Source: Spirochaetia bacterium
GTDB taxonomy: Bacteria > Spirochaetota > Spirochaetia > SZUA-6 > Bin103
Direction: 5' to 3'
Assembly: GCA_965203905.1 (NCBI GenBank)
Contig: CBDBDQ010000005.1
Location: 6,752,001-6,816,000 of the forward strand
DNA length: 64,000 bases
The position numbers and the translations under genes are program-made. The first letter of the stretch is position 1; each line of letters starts with the position of its first letter. Under the pieces are notes generated by a model. That model saw nothing but the letters and a program-made list of their open reading frames with translations, made no database searches and had not been told where the DNA came from. Shown here piece after piece: positions 16,858 through 27,114 of this stretch.

Positions 16858-18888
16858 CTATTCCGCGAACCACTGCTCGATGCGGATCGTGCGCCGCGAG
16901 GCGAAGCCGGGCCAGCCGCCCTCGACCACGTTCTGCAGCCGGTTGTGGAACAGCAGCGTGCTCTGGGAGCCGCCCAGCACCAACGGGAACGCCACCAGGT
17001 TGCGCACCGCGATGTCGGTCGCCTCGACCGCCAGCAGGCGGCGCTGCTCGGGATCGGGGGTCGCCTGGTACTCCTGGATCAGCTCGTACATCTGCTCCAG
17101 CGGCCCGCGCACGCCATCGTGCGGTGCCTCGCCCATGCTGCCGCCCGACTCGACCCACTCGGTCACGCCGCGCTGGTAGAGCTGGTTGAAGTTGAGGTCG
17201 TTCACCGCCCAGTGGCCCCAGCCGGCGCCCATCTCCACCAGCGGCACGGTGCCCTGCAGCCACAGCTCGCGGTAGCCGGGGCTCCACGGCCGGGTGACGC
17301 CGAACACCTTGATCTTCAGCTCCTGGTCCCACTTGTCGCCCTGCATCGCGACCACTTCGCTCATGTGCATGTAGCTGCGGTCGAAGTAGCCCATGGACAT
17401 CTCGACGCGCTCGCCGCTTGGATAGTGGCGGTAGCCGTCGTCGCCCACGGCCAGTCCCAGCTCGTCGAGAATCGCGTTCGCCTCGTCGGGATCGTAGCGC
17501 AGCCAGTCGCGCAGGAACTCCCAGGTAGCCTCCGATTCCGGGCTGTCGCCCACCACCGCGCCGCGGTAGAGCAGCGGGTGCGCATCCGAGATACCCGTGA
17601 ACTGGACCAGCTCCGGCCCCACCATGGCGGCCGCGATCTGCTCGTTGTCGATGCCGAGCTGCAGCGCCCTGAGGAACTCGGGGTTCTGCAGCAGGTCGGC
17701 CAGCATCTGGTCCTGCGGTTCCTCGTGCTCGCGCGACGCCCAGTGCAGGTTGACCTGGGCGCTGACGAAGAAGCTGCCGCCCTGCTTCATCATGCGGTAA
17801 TTGCCGCGCTCCTGGTTCTGGAAGATGATCGTGTCGCCGCCGAAGTTGCCGCTGCCCCAGTCGAACTCGCCGGCGATGACGCGCAGCTTGAGCACCTCCT
17901 GGTCCTTGAAGTAGCTGATGTGCAACTCGTCGAAGTAGGGAAGCTGGTTGCCTTCGGGATCCACCTTGCCGTAGTAGGGGTTGCGGTCCAGCAGCATGAT
18001 GTCGCCCTCCTTGACGGTGGTCGGCATCCACGCGCCGAGGGTCGGGCGCGCCGGGTCGAGATACTGCAGGTGAATCTGCTTGATCTCGGTGATCATCTCG
18101 CTCGGCGCCTTGTCGCTCTCGGTGTAGCTGGGATGGAACTGCTTGAGGTAATGCGCGGGAGTCGGGTCCAGCCGGGTGGTCGCGAACAACTGCTTGTAGC
18201 TCACGAACGGCTCCGCCGCGCGCACCACGATCGTGTAGTCGTCCACCACTTCGAACTCCAGCAGCTCCCCGCCCACCTTGAACTCGCGCGGGGCCACGTC
18301 GTACTTGGTGACGTCGGCACCCTCTTCCACGAACAGGTGGATGTCGTTGACGGTGAACATCACGTCGGCGGCGGTCACGGGCGCGCCGTCCGACCACTTC
18401 AGACCTGGCCGCAGGTGGATGGTGAAGGTCTGGAAGTCGTCGCTGATGTCGAGGCTCTCGGCGATGTTGGCGTACATGACGGTGCCGCTGGGGGCGGTGA
18501 TGTCGTACAGCCCCTCGTTCAGGTAGCGGGTGATGTAACGGAAGTTGGTGTACAGCCCGTCAGGCGCCTTGAGCGTGCCGCCGTGCTTGCCGATGCGGTC
18601 GTACGGGGTGACCACGGCGGGAATGTCCGGCAGCCGTTCCTCCACCGGCGGCAACTCGCCCGCGGCCACCAGCGCGGCCAGCACCGGCGACTCCTGGTAG
18701 CTCGCCAGTGGAGCGTCGGGGGTATGGATCGGGACGTGGTCGGCTCCGGACGCCTTCTCTTCCATGGCGGCGGGAGCCGGCGACGGGTCGGGGGCGGACG
18801 CTCCCTCGGTCTGTGAACCGGCCACGGCGGACATCAGTACCAGCGACATGAGGGTCGCGGTCAGCGAGATCACGCGGAGTGATTTCAT
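16858..18888 (-). CDS. ABC transporter substrate-binding protein, family 5 (SBP 1)
   Basis: Signal peptide MKSLRVIS..AVAG; ESPVLAALVAAGELPPVEERLP, LKWSDGAP, RNPYY..VD.EGNQLPY; AGGAGG RBS. Confidence 0.92.
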   Translation of the reverse strand: MKSLRVISLTATLMSLVLMSAVAGSQTEGASAPDPSPAPAAMEEKASGADHVPIHTPDAPLASYQESPVLAALVAAGELPPVEERLPDIPAVVTPYDRIGKHGGTLKAPDGLYTNFRYITRYLNEGLYDITAPSGTVMYANIAESLDISDDFQTFTIHLRPGLKWSDGAPVTAADVMFTVNDIHLFVEEGADVTKYDVAPREFKVGGELLEFEVVDDYTIVVRAAEPFVSYKQLFATTRLDPTPAHYLKQFHPSYTESDKAPSEMITEIKQIHLQYLDPARPTLGAWMPTTVKEGDIMLLDRNPYYGKVDPEGNQLPYFDELHISYFKDQEVLKLRVIAGEFDWGSGNFGGDTIIFQNQERGNYRMMKQGGSFFVSAQVNLHWASREHEEPQDQMLADLLQNPEFLRALQLGIDNEQIAAAMVGPELVQFTGISDAHPLLYRGAVVGDSPESEATWEFLRDWLRYDPDEANAILDELGLAVGDDGYRHYPSGERVEMSMGYFDRSYMHMSEVVAMQGDKWDQELKIKVFGVTRPWSPGYRELWLQGTVPLVEMGAGWGHWAVNDLNFNQLYQRGVTEWVESGGSMGEAPHDGVRGPLEQMYELIQEYQATPDPEQRRLLAVEATDIAVRNLVAFPLVLGGSQSTLLFHNRLQNVVEGGWPGFASRRTIRIEQWFAE

Positions 18889-19074
18889 AGGGAATGCCTC
18901 CTGGCGTCTGAGTGCGTCAGACTCCGATGTAACGGGAGATACTAACCCCGGTTGCCCGCGCCCGCAACCGTGCAAGCGCGCCCGTAGAAGCGGTACGGAG
19001 GACGGGCCGTTGTACGATGGTATGAAAGAGGCAACAGCAAGCCGAAGTGTACAGATCCCGGCGGAGTGGATAGG

Positions 19075-19827
19075 ATGGCGGACGTGACCGTAGCGTTCGA
19101 CACGCTCAAGGCGGCGACGCGGCTGCAGCGGGCGGGGTTCGACGAGGACAAGGCGCGGGCGCTGGTGTCGACGTTTGCCGAGGGCCTGGTCGAGAACCTC
19201 GCCACCAAGCACGACCTGGTACCGCTGGCCACCAAGGAAGACCTCGTACGCCTTGCTACCAAGGAGGAGATCGCCAAGCTCGCCACCAAGGACGAGATCG
19301 CCAAGCTTGCTACCAAGGACGAGATCGCCAAGCTCGCCACCAAGGACGAGATCGCCAAGCTCGCTACCAAGGACGAGATCGCCAAGCTCGCCACCAAGGA
19401 CGAGATCGCCAAGCTCGCTACCAAGGACGAGATCGCCAAGCTCGCTACCAAGGACGAGATCGCCAAGCTCGCCACCAAGGACGAGATCGCCAAGCTCGCT
19501 ACCAAGGACGAGATCGCCAAGCTCGCTACCAAGGACGAGATCGCCAAGCTCGCCACCAAGGACGAGATCGCCAAGCTCGCTACCAAGGACGAGATCGCCA
19601 AGCTCGCCACCAAGGACGAGATCGCCAAGCTCGCTACCAAGGACGAGATCGCCAAGCTCGCCACCAAGGATGAACTTGCAGCCCTGCGTGCCGAGATGGC
19701 TACCAAGACAGACATTGCAACCCTACGCACCGAGATAGCCAAGGTCCAGGAGCGGCTGACGGTCCGACTGGGAACGGCTATCGGCGCCGTCGCGGCAATC
19801 CTGGTGGCCGTAGACAAGCTCTTGTAG
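19075..19827 (+). CDS. DUF1640/CCDC90-like membrane-anchored coiled-coil protein with nonad repeats
   Basis: Head FDTLKAATRLQRAGFDEDKARAL, LATK neck motifs repeated 18 times, C-terminal hydrophobic anchor. Confidence 0.8.
   Translation: MADVTVAFDTLKAATRLQRAGFDEDKARALVSTFAEGLVENLATKHDLVPLATKEDLVRLATKEEIAKLATKDEIAKLATKDEIAKLATKDEIAKLATKDEIAKLATKDEIAKLATKDEIAKLATKDEIAKLATKDEIAKLATKDEIAKLATKDEIAKLATKDEIAKLATKDEIAKLATKDEIAKLATKDEIAKLATKDELAALRAEMATKTDIATLRTEIAKVQERLTVRLGTAIGAVAAILVAVDKLL
19201..19686 (+). repeat. Coding tandem repeat, 18 x 27 bp (14 exact ATKDEIAKL units plus 4 variants)
   Basis: Unit GCYACCAAGGACGAGATCGCCAAGCTC; no spacers. Confidence 0.97.
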
Positions 19828-19874
19828 GCGGACCGGGAACTCGGACGGGAACAACGACCCCGCCGCCCGCGCAC

Positions 19875-20495
19875 ATGATGATGCGCCACCTGCGTTTCGC
19901 GTTCCGGCGCGAGGATGAAGCGCCTGACGCGCACTTCTACGCGGAGCCGCGGCTGGTCACCCACATCGACGAGGCGGCCATCGCGGCGGTCACCCAACTC
20001 TACCGCGAGTATCTCCCGGCGGACGCAGCGGTGCTCGACCTGATGAGCAGCTGGGTAAGCCACCTGCCGGCCGAGGTGACCTATTCGCGCGTGGTGGGGC
20101 TCGGCATGAACCGCGCCGAGCTGGCCGCCAACCCCCGCCTGAACGGCTTCGTCGTGCATGACCTGAATCGAGACCCGCGCCTCCCCTTCGCCGACTCCGA
20201 GTTCGACGCCGCGGCCATCTGCGTGTCGATCCAGTACCTCACGCGGCCGGTGGCGGTGCTGCGCGACCTGGGCCGGGTGCTGGTCGCCGGCGGCCCGCTG
20301 GTCATCACGTTCTCCAACCGCTGCTTCCCCACCAAGGCGGTGCGCGCCTGGTTGCTGCGCGACGACCTCGGCCACGCCGCGCTGGTCGCCCGCTACCTGA
20401 AGGCGGCGCGCACCTGGACCGGCATCCAACACCTCGACCGCAGCCCGCCGGCGAGCGACCCCCTGCATGCCGTGGTCGCCCGGCGCGCCCCTTGA
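19875..20495 (+). CDS. Class I SAM-dependent methyltransferase
   Basis: FYAEPRLVTHID, VLDLMSSWVSHLP, FSNRCFPTKA signature of a widespread methyltransferase family. Confidence 0.88.
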   Translation: MMMRHLRFAFRREDEAPDAHFYAEPRLVTHIDEAAIAAVTQLYREYLPADAAVLDLMSSWVSHLPAEVTYSRVVGLGMNRAELAANPRLNGFVVHDLNRDPRLPFADSEFDAAAICVSIQYLTRPVAVLRDLGRVLVAGGPLVITFSNRCFPTKAVRAWLLRDDLGHAALVARYLKAARTWTGIQHLDRSPPASDPLHAVVARRAP

Positions 20496-20642
20496 CCAGA
20501 CGCGCCGCCACAGCGCTCGGCCAGGCGCAGGCGAAACAGGCGCAGGCGACACTCAACCTTGACGCCCAGCCACATCTGTGTTGGCACAGAAAAACCTCGC
20601 CACATACCCATCGGTGTCGTGGCAGCCAAGGAGAACTCGGGC

Positions 20643-22753
20643 ATGGTAAAGAAACACCTCGTGCTACTCGCCTATGCAGGCATTCTGATGCTCGCATGCG
20701 CCACGGTTTTCGCGGAAGGCAGACGCGAGCGAAACCAGGAAGGGCCGCAGCAAGCGGCGGTTGTTGCCTCCGGCGAATTCAAGGAGGCTCCGCTCCTGAC
20801 CCAGATGGTGAGCGAAGGCCTGATCCCACCGGTGGGAGAACGGTTGCCGGAAAACCCGATGGTGATCGAGCCACTCGAAAGCGTCGGCCGTTATGGCGGA
20901 ACCATGAACATCTTCGGTCAGAGCCCATGGGAAGCAGCCCTGATGATGGGCCATCAAGGGCCGTTCCTGGTAGATCCTCAAGGCACGCCGGGAGTGCCCT
21001 ACGTATTCGAAGCTTCGAGGTAAGCGAAGACTTCAAGGAGTGGATATTCTACCTGCGCCCGGGCCTGAAATGGTCCGACGGCGAGGAGCTCACTGCCTGG
21101 CACCTGTACGAATACTGGCGCTATCACCGCGCCAATCAGGTGCTGACGCCGGAGATGACACCCGAGCAGATCGTGATCGAAGACAACGCCGTAACCTTTA
21201 CCGACGAGCCGCCGTGGACCAAGGGACGCACGGTGCGCAAGGAGATCATCGACGACTACACGATCAAGTTCACTTCCGACGTTCCCTACCCGTTCCTGAT
21301 CAATTACATGAGTGCGAGCCAGTTCAGCGTCTGGTCGCGGATCCTGCCGATGCACTTCCTGAAGCAGTACCACGCCGAGATCGTGGGCGAAGAAGCCGCC
21401 AACGCCAAGGCGAAGGAAGCCGGGATGAACACCTGGGACCAGTTGTACGTGGCATTCGGCCGCACCAACCACCAGAGCTCGATTCAGATCCAGCGCTCAT
21501 TTCCGCCCACGCTCGCTCCCTACGTGCTCGTCGACCGCGAGGAGAACCTGATCGTCTACGAGCGTAATCCGTACTACTGGGCGATCGATACCGCGGGCAA
21601 CCAGCTTCCCTACATCGACCGCATCGTGTTCGAGCAGGTCAACAACCGCGAGATCCTCGACGGCAAGGTGATCTCCGGGGAAGCGGACTGGGCCGGCTTC
21701 GACCTCAAGACCGAATCGCTCCCGCTCTACCGCGAGTACGAGGAGAGTGGAAACTATACCACCAAGGTGTGGAACTGCACCTTCAACACGGTCATCATGC
21801 GGTACAACTTCAATCACCAGGATCCCTACATCGCGGAGCTGTTCCTGGAGAAGGACTTCCGCATGGCGCTGCAGATCACGGTCAACCGCAGCCGCATCAA
21901 CGACGAGGTGATGTTCGGCCTGGCGAAGGAATACCGGATGGCCCCTACGCCCGGCAATTCATTCTATGATCACGAATTCGAGATTCGCCACACGGACTTC
22001 GATCCGGAACGCGCGGGCAAGCTGCTCGACGGACTCGACATCACCGACAAGGACGGCGACGGCTGGCGCGACCGTCCCGACGGCGGCGCGCTGTCGATGG
22101 AGGTCCTGGTCGGCGACTACGAGACCCCGAAGATCCCGGTGATGGAGATCATCACCAACGACTGGCAGGCGATCGGGCTCAACATCACCTTCGAGGTGAT
22201 GGACTGGCCGATCCGTTGGCCGCTCGTCACCAGCAACAACTACGACATGTACACGCACCATGGCGCGTACAACGTGCCGGTGACTTATGGCGTCAACATG
22301 TTCAGCCTGCCCGGTCTCGAGAGCGGGCAGACGTTCGACACCTGGTACAAGACCGGGGGCCGCGCCGGCATCGAGCCGCCGCCCGACATCATCGAGCTGT
22401 ACGACTGGTACTACAAGGATCTGCAGTCCGTTTCGACGGAGGACGAGTTCAACGAGATCAGCCGCAAGATCTGGGACAACGTGATCGAGAACGTGTGGAC
22501 CCTGGACACACTCTCGGAGTTCCCGCGTCCCGTGATCGGCAAGAACGATCTCCTGAATCAGCCCACCGAGGAGCATGGTCCGCTGTTCTGGGCGTGGGAT
22601 TTCTGGTGGATCCACCCGTACTATCCGATGCAGTTCTACTTCGCCGACCGGCCGGAGATCACCCGCGGCGAGTCCCAGTTGTTCGACTATTACTCGGCGG
22701 AGCGGCTGAACGCCGATCCGGTCAAGTATTCGATCGAGCGTGGCTGGATGTAG
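20643..22753 (+). pseudogene. Family 5 ABC substrate-binding protein (SBP 2) with single-base frameshift at ~21010
   Basis: Frame 20643-21023 gives signal peptide and EAPLL..PPVGERLP; second frame continues SFEVSEDFKEW..LKWSDG..NQLPYID; one added A restores VFESFEVS. May be a sequencing error. Confidence 0.8.
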
Positions 22754-22781
22754 CTTCGGTTTCGCGGCAAGCTGATCCATT

Positions 22782-22815
22782 GATCCGGGAGAGCAGCGCG
22801 TTGCTCTCCCGGATC
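22782..22815. promoter_or_regulatory. Hairpin between binding-protein and permease genes
   Basis: GATCCGGGAGAGCA-gcgcgt-TGCTCTCCCGGATC, perfect 14-bp stem. Confidence 0.65.
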
Positions 22816-22829
22816 TCTTCTGCAGGTCG

Positions 22830-23837
22830 ATGGCGGAATACATCGTACGGCGGCTCGGACACTCGCTGATCCTCATTGTGTGTGTGTCGATGATCACCTT
22901 CCTGGTGATCCAGGCGCCGCCCGGCGACTACGCCAGCTACGTGATAACGCGGTTCCAGAATGCTCCCATGACCGAGGAGATGCGCAAGATCAGGATCGAA
23001 GAGGTGCGGCGCCGCTACAATCTCGACGATCCGCTGCACATGCAGTACGTGCACTGGATCTGGGGCATCATCACGGAGGGCAACTTCGGGCTCTCGTTTT
23101 CCTGGGACAAGCCGATTTCGCGCCTGCTTCGGGAGCGCATGCCGATCACGCTGATGATCGGCATGCTGGCCCTGTTCTTTCAGTATGTGGTGGCGATACC
23201 GGTGGGCGTGTTTACCGCCTTGAAACAGAATTCGGCGGCCGACTACGGCATCACGTTCTTCTCCTTTCTCGGCATGTCGATCCCCGGGTTTCTGCTGGCG
23301 CTGGTGCTGATCGTGATCCTGTTCAATGCGTTCAACTTCCCGGTGGGAGGTCTGTACTCGCCCGAGTACCGCACCGCCCCGTGGTCGCTGGACAAGTTCG
23401 TCGACCTGGCCAAGCACCTGGTGGTGCCGGTGGTGGTAGTGGCGGCATCGAGCACCGCGGGGACCATTCGCGTGCTGCGGGCGACGCTGCTCGACGAGTT
23501 CGGCAAGGATTACATGCGGGTGGCAAGGGCCAAGGGCCTGTCGGAGCATACCATCATCTTCAAGTACCCGTTGCGGGTGGCGATGAACCCGATCATCGCC
23601 GGGTTCGGCTGGTCGCTTCCCCTGCTGGTGTCCGGATCGTTGCTGGTGTCGCTGGTAGCCAACATCCCGGACCTCGGGCCGCTGCTGCATGAGGCGTTGC
23701 AGGCCCAGGACATGTACCTGGCGGGATCGATTCTGCTGATGGTCAGCACCCTCACCATCGTCGGCACCCTGATCTCGGACATCCTGCTCGCGATCTCCGA
23801 TCCCCGCATTTCCTATAGCGGCGTTCATGAGTCATAG
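22830..23837 (+). CDS. ABC permease (DppB/OppB-like)
   Basis: YIVRRL, PPGDY, YMRVARAKGL, SDPRI. Confidence 0.93.
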   Translation: MAEYIVRRLGHSLILIVCVSMITFLVIQAPPGDYASYVITRFQNAPMTEEMRKIRIEEVRRRYNLDDPLHMQYVHWIWGIITEGNFGLSFSWDKPISRLLRERMPITLMIGMLALFFQYVVAIPVGVFTALKQNSAADYGITFFSFLGMSIPGFLLALVLIVILFNAFNFPVGGLYSPEYRTAPWSLDKFVDLAKHLVVPVVVVAASSTAGTIRVLRATLLDEFGKDYMRVARAKGLSEHTIIFKYPLRVAMNPIIAGFGWSLPLLVSGSLLVSLVANIPDLGPLLHEALQAQDMYLAGSILLMVSTLTIVGTLISDILLAISDPRISYSGVHES

Positions 23838-24999
23838 CGCACCTGCGATACGGAGTCCTGCCGCGTCTGACGGCGACGCGCCAGACCGACAGGCTTCCGG
23901 CGCGGGCGTCAATGGTCAGGGGCGCCGGTCGTTCACCCAGGGGCAGCTGTTTCTGCTGCGGTTCCGCAAGAACACCGCCGCGATGGTATCCCTGGTAGTG
24001 ATGGCCCTGTTCTTGATTCTGATAGTGTTCCCGGAGTTCATCATCCCGTACCAGCCCACCCGGCAGTTCATCGGGTACAACTACGCGCCGCCGCGGCCGA
24101 TCCGCTTCGCCGGTGAGAGCGGCCTCCAGCCGACCGTCTACAGCTACGAACAGAAGGTCGACCTGGAGACCTTCAAGAAGGAGTGGACCGAGGACACCAC
24201 CAGGCCCAATCGCATCAGGTTCCTGGTGCCGGGGTACGAGTACAAGCTCCTGGGACTGTTTCCCTCCAGGCTGCATCTGTTCGGCCTGGAAGACGACGCG
24301 GTTCCGTTCTTCCTCTACGGTTCCGACAACCTGGGGCGCTGCATCTTCAGCCGCACCATTCACGCCACCCGCATCTCCATCAGCATTGCGCTGATGGGAG
24401 TCCTCATCACCGTCGTGATCAGCATCGGCCTGGGCGGCACCTCGGGCTACTTCGGCGGTGTCTTCGATCACATCGTCCAGCGCATCAGCGAGCTCTTCAT
24501 CACCATCCCGAAGCTGCCGTTGTGGATGGTGCTGGCGGCGGCGGTACCGCGCGACTGGGACATCATCAAGACCTATCTGGCGATCGTGGTGATCGCCTCA
24601 CTGACCAACTGGCCGGCGGCCACCCGCGGCATCAGGAGCAAGCTCATCTCGATTCGCAATGAGGACTACATCAAGGCCGCGATCAGCTACGGGGCCAAGG
24701 ACGGGCGCCTCATCTTCAAGTACCTGATCCCCAACTTCGTGAGCTACATCATCGTGGTCATCACGCTCGGCATTCCTGCGATGATCCTGATGGAAACCGC
24801 CTTGAGCTTTCTCGGAATCGGACTGCGGCCGCCGGCCGTGAGCTGGGGCGTGCTGCTGGAGCAGGCGCAGAACTTCCAGGACGTGATATTGCACCCCTGG
24901 CTGCTGGTACCGGGAATCCACCTGGTGGTCGCGATTCTCATGTTCAACTTCATCGGCGACGGGCTCAGGGACGCCGCCAACCCCTTCAAGCGAGTCTGA
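23827..24999 (+). CDS. ABC permease (DppC/OppC-like)
   Basis: GSDNLGR, ETALSFLGIG, GDGLRDAANP. Confidence 0.93.
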   Translation: MSHSAPAIRSPAASDGDAPDRQASGAGVNGQGRRSFTQGQLFLLRFRKNTAAMVSLVVMALFLILIVFPEFIIPYQPTRQFIGYNYAPPRPIRFAGESGLQPTVYSYEQKVDLETFKKEWTEDTTRPNRIRFLVPGYEYKLLGLFPSRLHLFGLEDDAVPFFLYGSDNLGRCIFSRTIHATRISISIALMGVLITVVISIGLGGTSGYFGGVFDHIVQRISELFITIPKLPLWMVLAAAVPRDWDIIKTYLAIVVIASLTNWPAATRGIRSKLISIRNEDYIKAAISYGAKDGRLIFKYLIPNFVSYIIVVITLGIPAMILMETALSFLGIGLRPPAVSWGVLLEQAQNFQDVILHPWLLVPGIHLVVAILMFNFIGDGLRDAANPFKRV

Positions 25000-25001
25000 C
25001 G

Positions 25002-25988
25002 ATGGCGCAGCCGGTGATCGAAGTACGCGATCTGAAGACCCACTTCTTTACCGACGAGGGGGTGGTACGCGCCGTCGACGGCGTCAACCTCGGGCTCCAG
25101 CAGGGCAAGGTGCTGGCCATCGTCGGCGAGTCGGGATGCGGCAAGAGCGTCACCGCCTTCTCCATCCTGCAGTTGATCTCTCCGCCGGGCAGACTGGTCG
25201 GCGGGCAGGTCGTGTACCGGCGCAAGGATGGAGACACCGTCGACCTGGCCGCGCTCGCGCACGACAGCAGGCAGCTCAAGTCGATCCGCGGCAACGACAT
25301 CGCCATGATCTTCCAGGAGCCGATGCTGGCCTTCAGTCCGGTCTATACCATCGGCAACCAGATCAGCGAGGTGATCCGACTGCACCAGGGAGGCAGCAAG
25401 AAGCGGGCCCTCGACCAGACCATCGCGCTGCTGGAGCACGTCGGGGTGTCGGCTCCCGCCAAGCGGGTGAACCAGTATCCGCACGAGTACTCTGGCGGCA
25501 TGCGCCAGCGCGCCATGATCGCGATGGCGCTGTCCTGCAATCCGGACGTGCTGATCGCGGACGAGCCCACTACCGCGCTCGACGTCACCATCGAGGCCAA
25601 GATACTCGCCCTGCTCACCGAGCTGCAGCGCGAGTATCACATGTCGATCATCTTCATTACCCATGACATGGCGGTGGTGGCGGAAATGGCCGACGAGGTC
25701 GCCGTCATGTACCTCGGCAAGGTGGTGGAACGGGCCGACGTCGACACCCTCTTCGAGCGGCCGTTGCACCCCTACACGGTGGGCCTGCTGAACTCGATTC
25801 CGGGCATCGTCGAGGACCCTTCGCGGCATCTCAACCCGATCGAGGGAGCGGTGCCGAATCCATACGAAGTGCCCTCCGGATGCCCGTTCGCGCCGCGCTG
25901 CAGCTTTCGCGAGTCACGCTGCTCGGAAGAGCCTCCCGACGTGACCGCGAGCGACTCGCAGATGGTGAAGTGCTGGTTGTACGCCTGA
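25002..25988 (+). CDS. ABC ATP-binding subunit (DppD/OppD-like)
   Basis: Walker A GESGCGKS, YPHEYSGGMRQR, IADEPTTALD, HPYT, GCPFAPRC. Confidence 0.95.
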   Translation: MAQPVIEVRDLKTHFFTDEGVVRAVDGVNLGLQQGKVLAIVGESGCGKSVTAFSILQLISPPGRLVGGQVVYRRKDGDTVDLAALAHDSRQLKSIRGNDIAMIFQEPMLAFSPVYTIGNQISEVIRLHQGGSKKRALDQTIALLEHVGVSAPAKRVNQYPHEYSGGMRQRAMIAMALSCNPDVLIADEPTTALDVTIEAKILALLTELQREYHMSIIFITHDMAVVAEMADEVAVMYLGKVVERADVDTLFERPLHPYTVGLLNSIPGIVEDPSRHLNPIEGAVPNPYEVPSGCPFAPRCSFRESRCSEEPPDVTASDSQMVKCWLYA

Positions 25989-25998
25989 CGGGTGGAAC

Positions 25999-27114
25999 AT
26001 GGCGGCGTTGAAGGACAACCCGGACCTGTTGCTGGCGGTGAACGGCGTCAAGGTTCACTTCCCCATCAAGAAGGGCATCTTCCGCAAGGTCACCGGCCAC
26101 GTGAAGGCGGTGGACGGGGTCGATCTGCACATCCGGAAAGGGGAGACGCTGGGGCTGGTCGGGGAGAGCGGAAGCGGCAAGACCACGCTCGGACGGGCGA
26201 TCATACGGCTGGTGCCGCACAACGCCGGACAGGTTCTGTTCCGGGCTCAGGACGGCTCGACCGTGGATCTGTTGCAGCTGGAGCGGGAGGAGCTGCGCCA
26301 GACCCGGCGCCAGATCCAGATGATCTTTCAGGATCCGTACTCGTCACTGAACGCGCGCATGCGCATCCAGACCATCCTGGAGGAGCCGCTCAGCATCTAC
26401 AACGTCGGCAGTCCCCGCGAGCGCCGTGACCGCATCGTGGAGCACCTGGAGCTGACCGGCCTGTCGGCCAGCCACGTCACCCGCTATCCGCACGAGTTCT
26501 CCGGCGGCCAGCGCCAGCGCATCGGCATCGCGCGCGCGATCATCCTGAATCCGTCGCTGATCATCTGCGACGAAGCCGTGTCCGCGCTCGACGTCTCGAT
26601 CCAGGCCCAGGTGCTCAACCTGCTGGAGCGACTCAAGTCGCGGCTGCACCTGAGCTACCTGTTCATCGCCCACAACCTGAGCGTCATCTACCACATCAGC
26701 GACCGGATCGCGGTGATGTACCTGGGCAAGATCGTGGAGCTGGCGAACAAGCGCGACCTGTATCGGCGGCCCCTGCACCCGTACGCGGAGGCGCTGCTGT
26801 CGGCGATACCGGTGGCCGACCCCAAGGCGGTCAAGGAGGAGCGGATCCTGCTGCCGGGCGAGGTGGCCGATCCCTCCAGGCCGCCGCCGGGATGCAACTT
26901 CCACCCGCGCTGCCGTCATGCCGAAGATCGCTGTTCCCGCGAGGAGGTCGCTCTCGAGGCCGCGGATGGGGCCGACCACCGATTCGTGGCCTGCCACCGC
27001 TACCGGGAACTGGCGCTGCAGGCGGCGACCTACGAGAACCGGCCGTTGTACCGGGTCAACGTCGCCGGGTTAGCGCCGCCGCCGGGCTTGTCCCCCGGTA
27101 CCCCCTACGGGTAG
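25999..27114 (+). CDS. ABC ATP-binding subunit (DppF/OppF-like)
   Basis: GESGSGKT, YPHEFSGGQRQR, CDEAVSALD, GCNFHPRC. Confidence 0.95.
   Translation: MAALKDNPDLLLAVNGVKVHFPIKKGIFRKVTGHVKAVDGVDLHIRKGETLGLVGESGSGKTTLGRAIIRLVPHNAGQVLFRAQDGSTVDLLQLEREELRQTRRQIQMIFQDPYSSLNARMRIQTILEEPLSIYNVGSPRERRDRIVEHLELTGLSASHVTRYPHEFSGGQRQRIGIARAIILNPSLIICDEAVSALDVSIQAQVLNLLERLKSRLHLSYLFIAHNLSVIYHISDRIAVMYLGKIVELANKRDLYRRPLHPYAEALLSAIPVADPKAVKEERILLPGEVADPSRPPPGCNFHPRCRHAEDRCSREEVALEAADGADHRFVACHRYRELALQAATYENRPLYRVNVAGLAPPPGLSPGTPYG

Noticed and set aside
19201-19686. 27-bp repeat array as a CRISPR array
   Set aside because: Repeats are head-to-tail with no spacers, in frame within a CDS, vary at synonymous sites, and no cas genes are present.
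20990-21030. Programmed ribosomal frameshifting in SBP genes
   Set aside because: No slippery heptamer or stimulatory structure seen, and the four indels in the window share no context.
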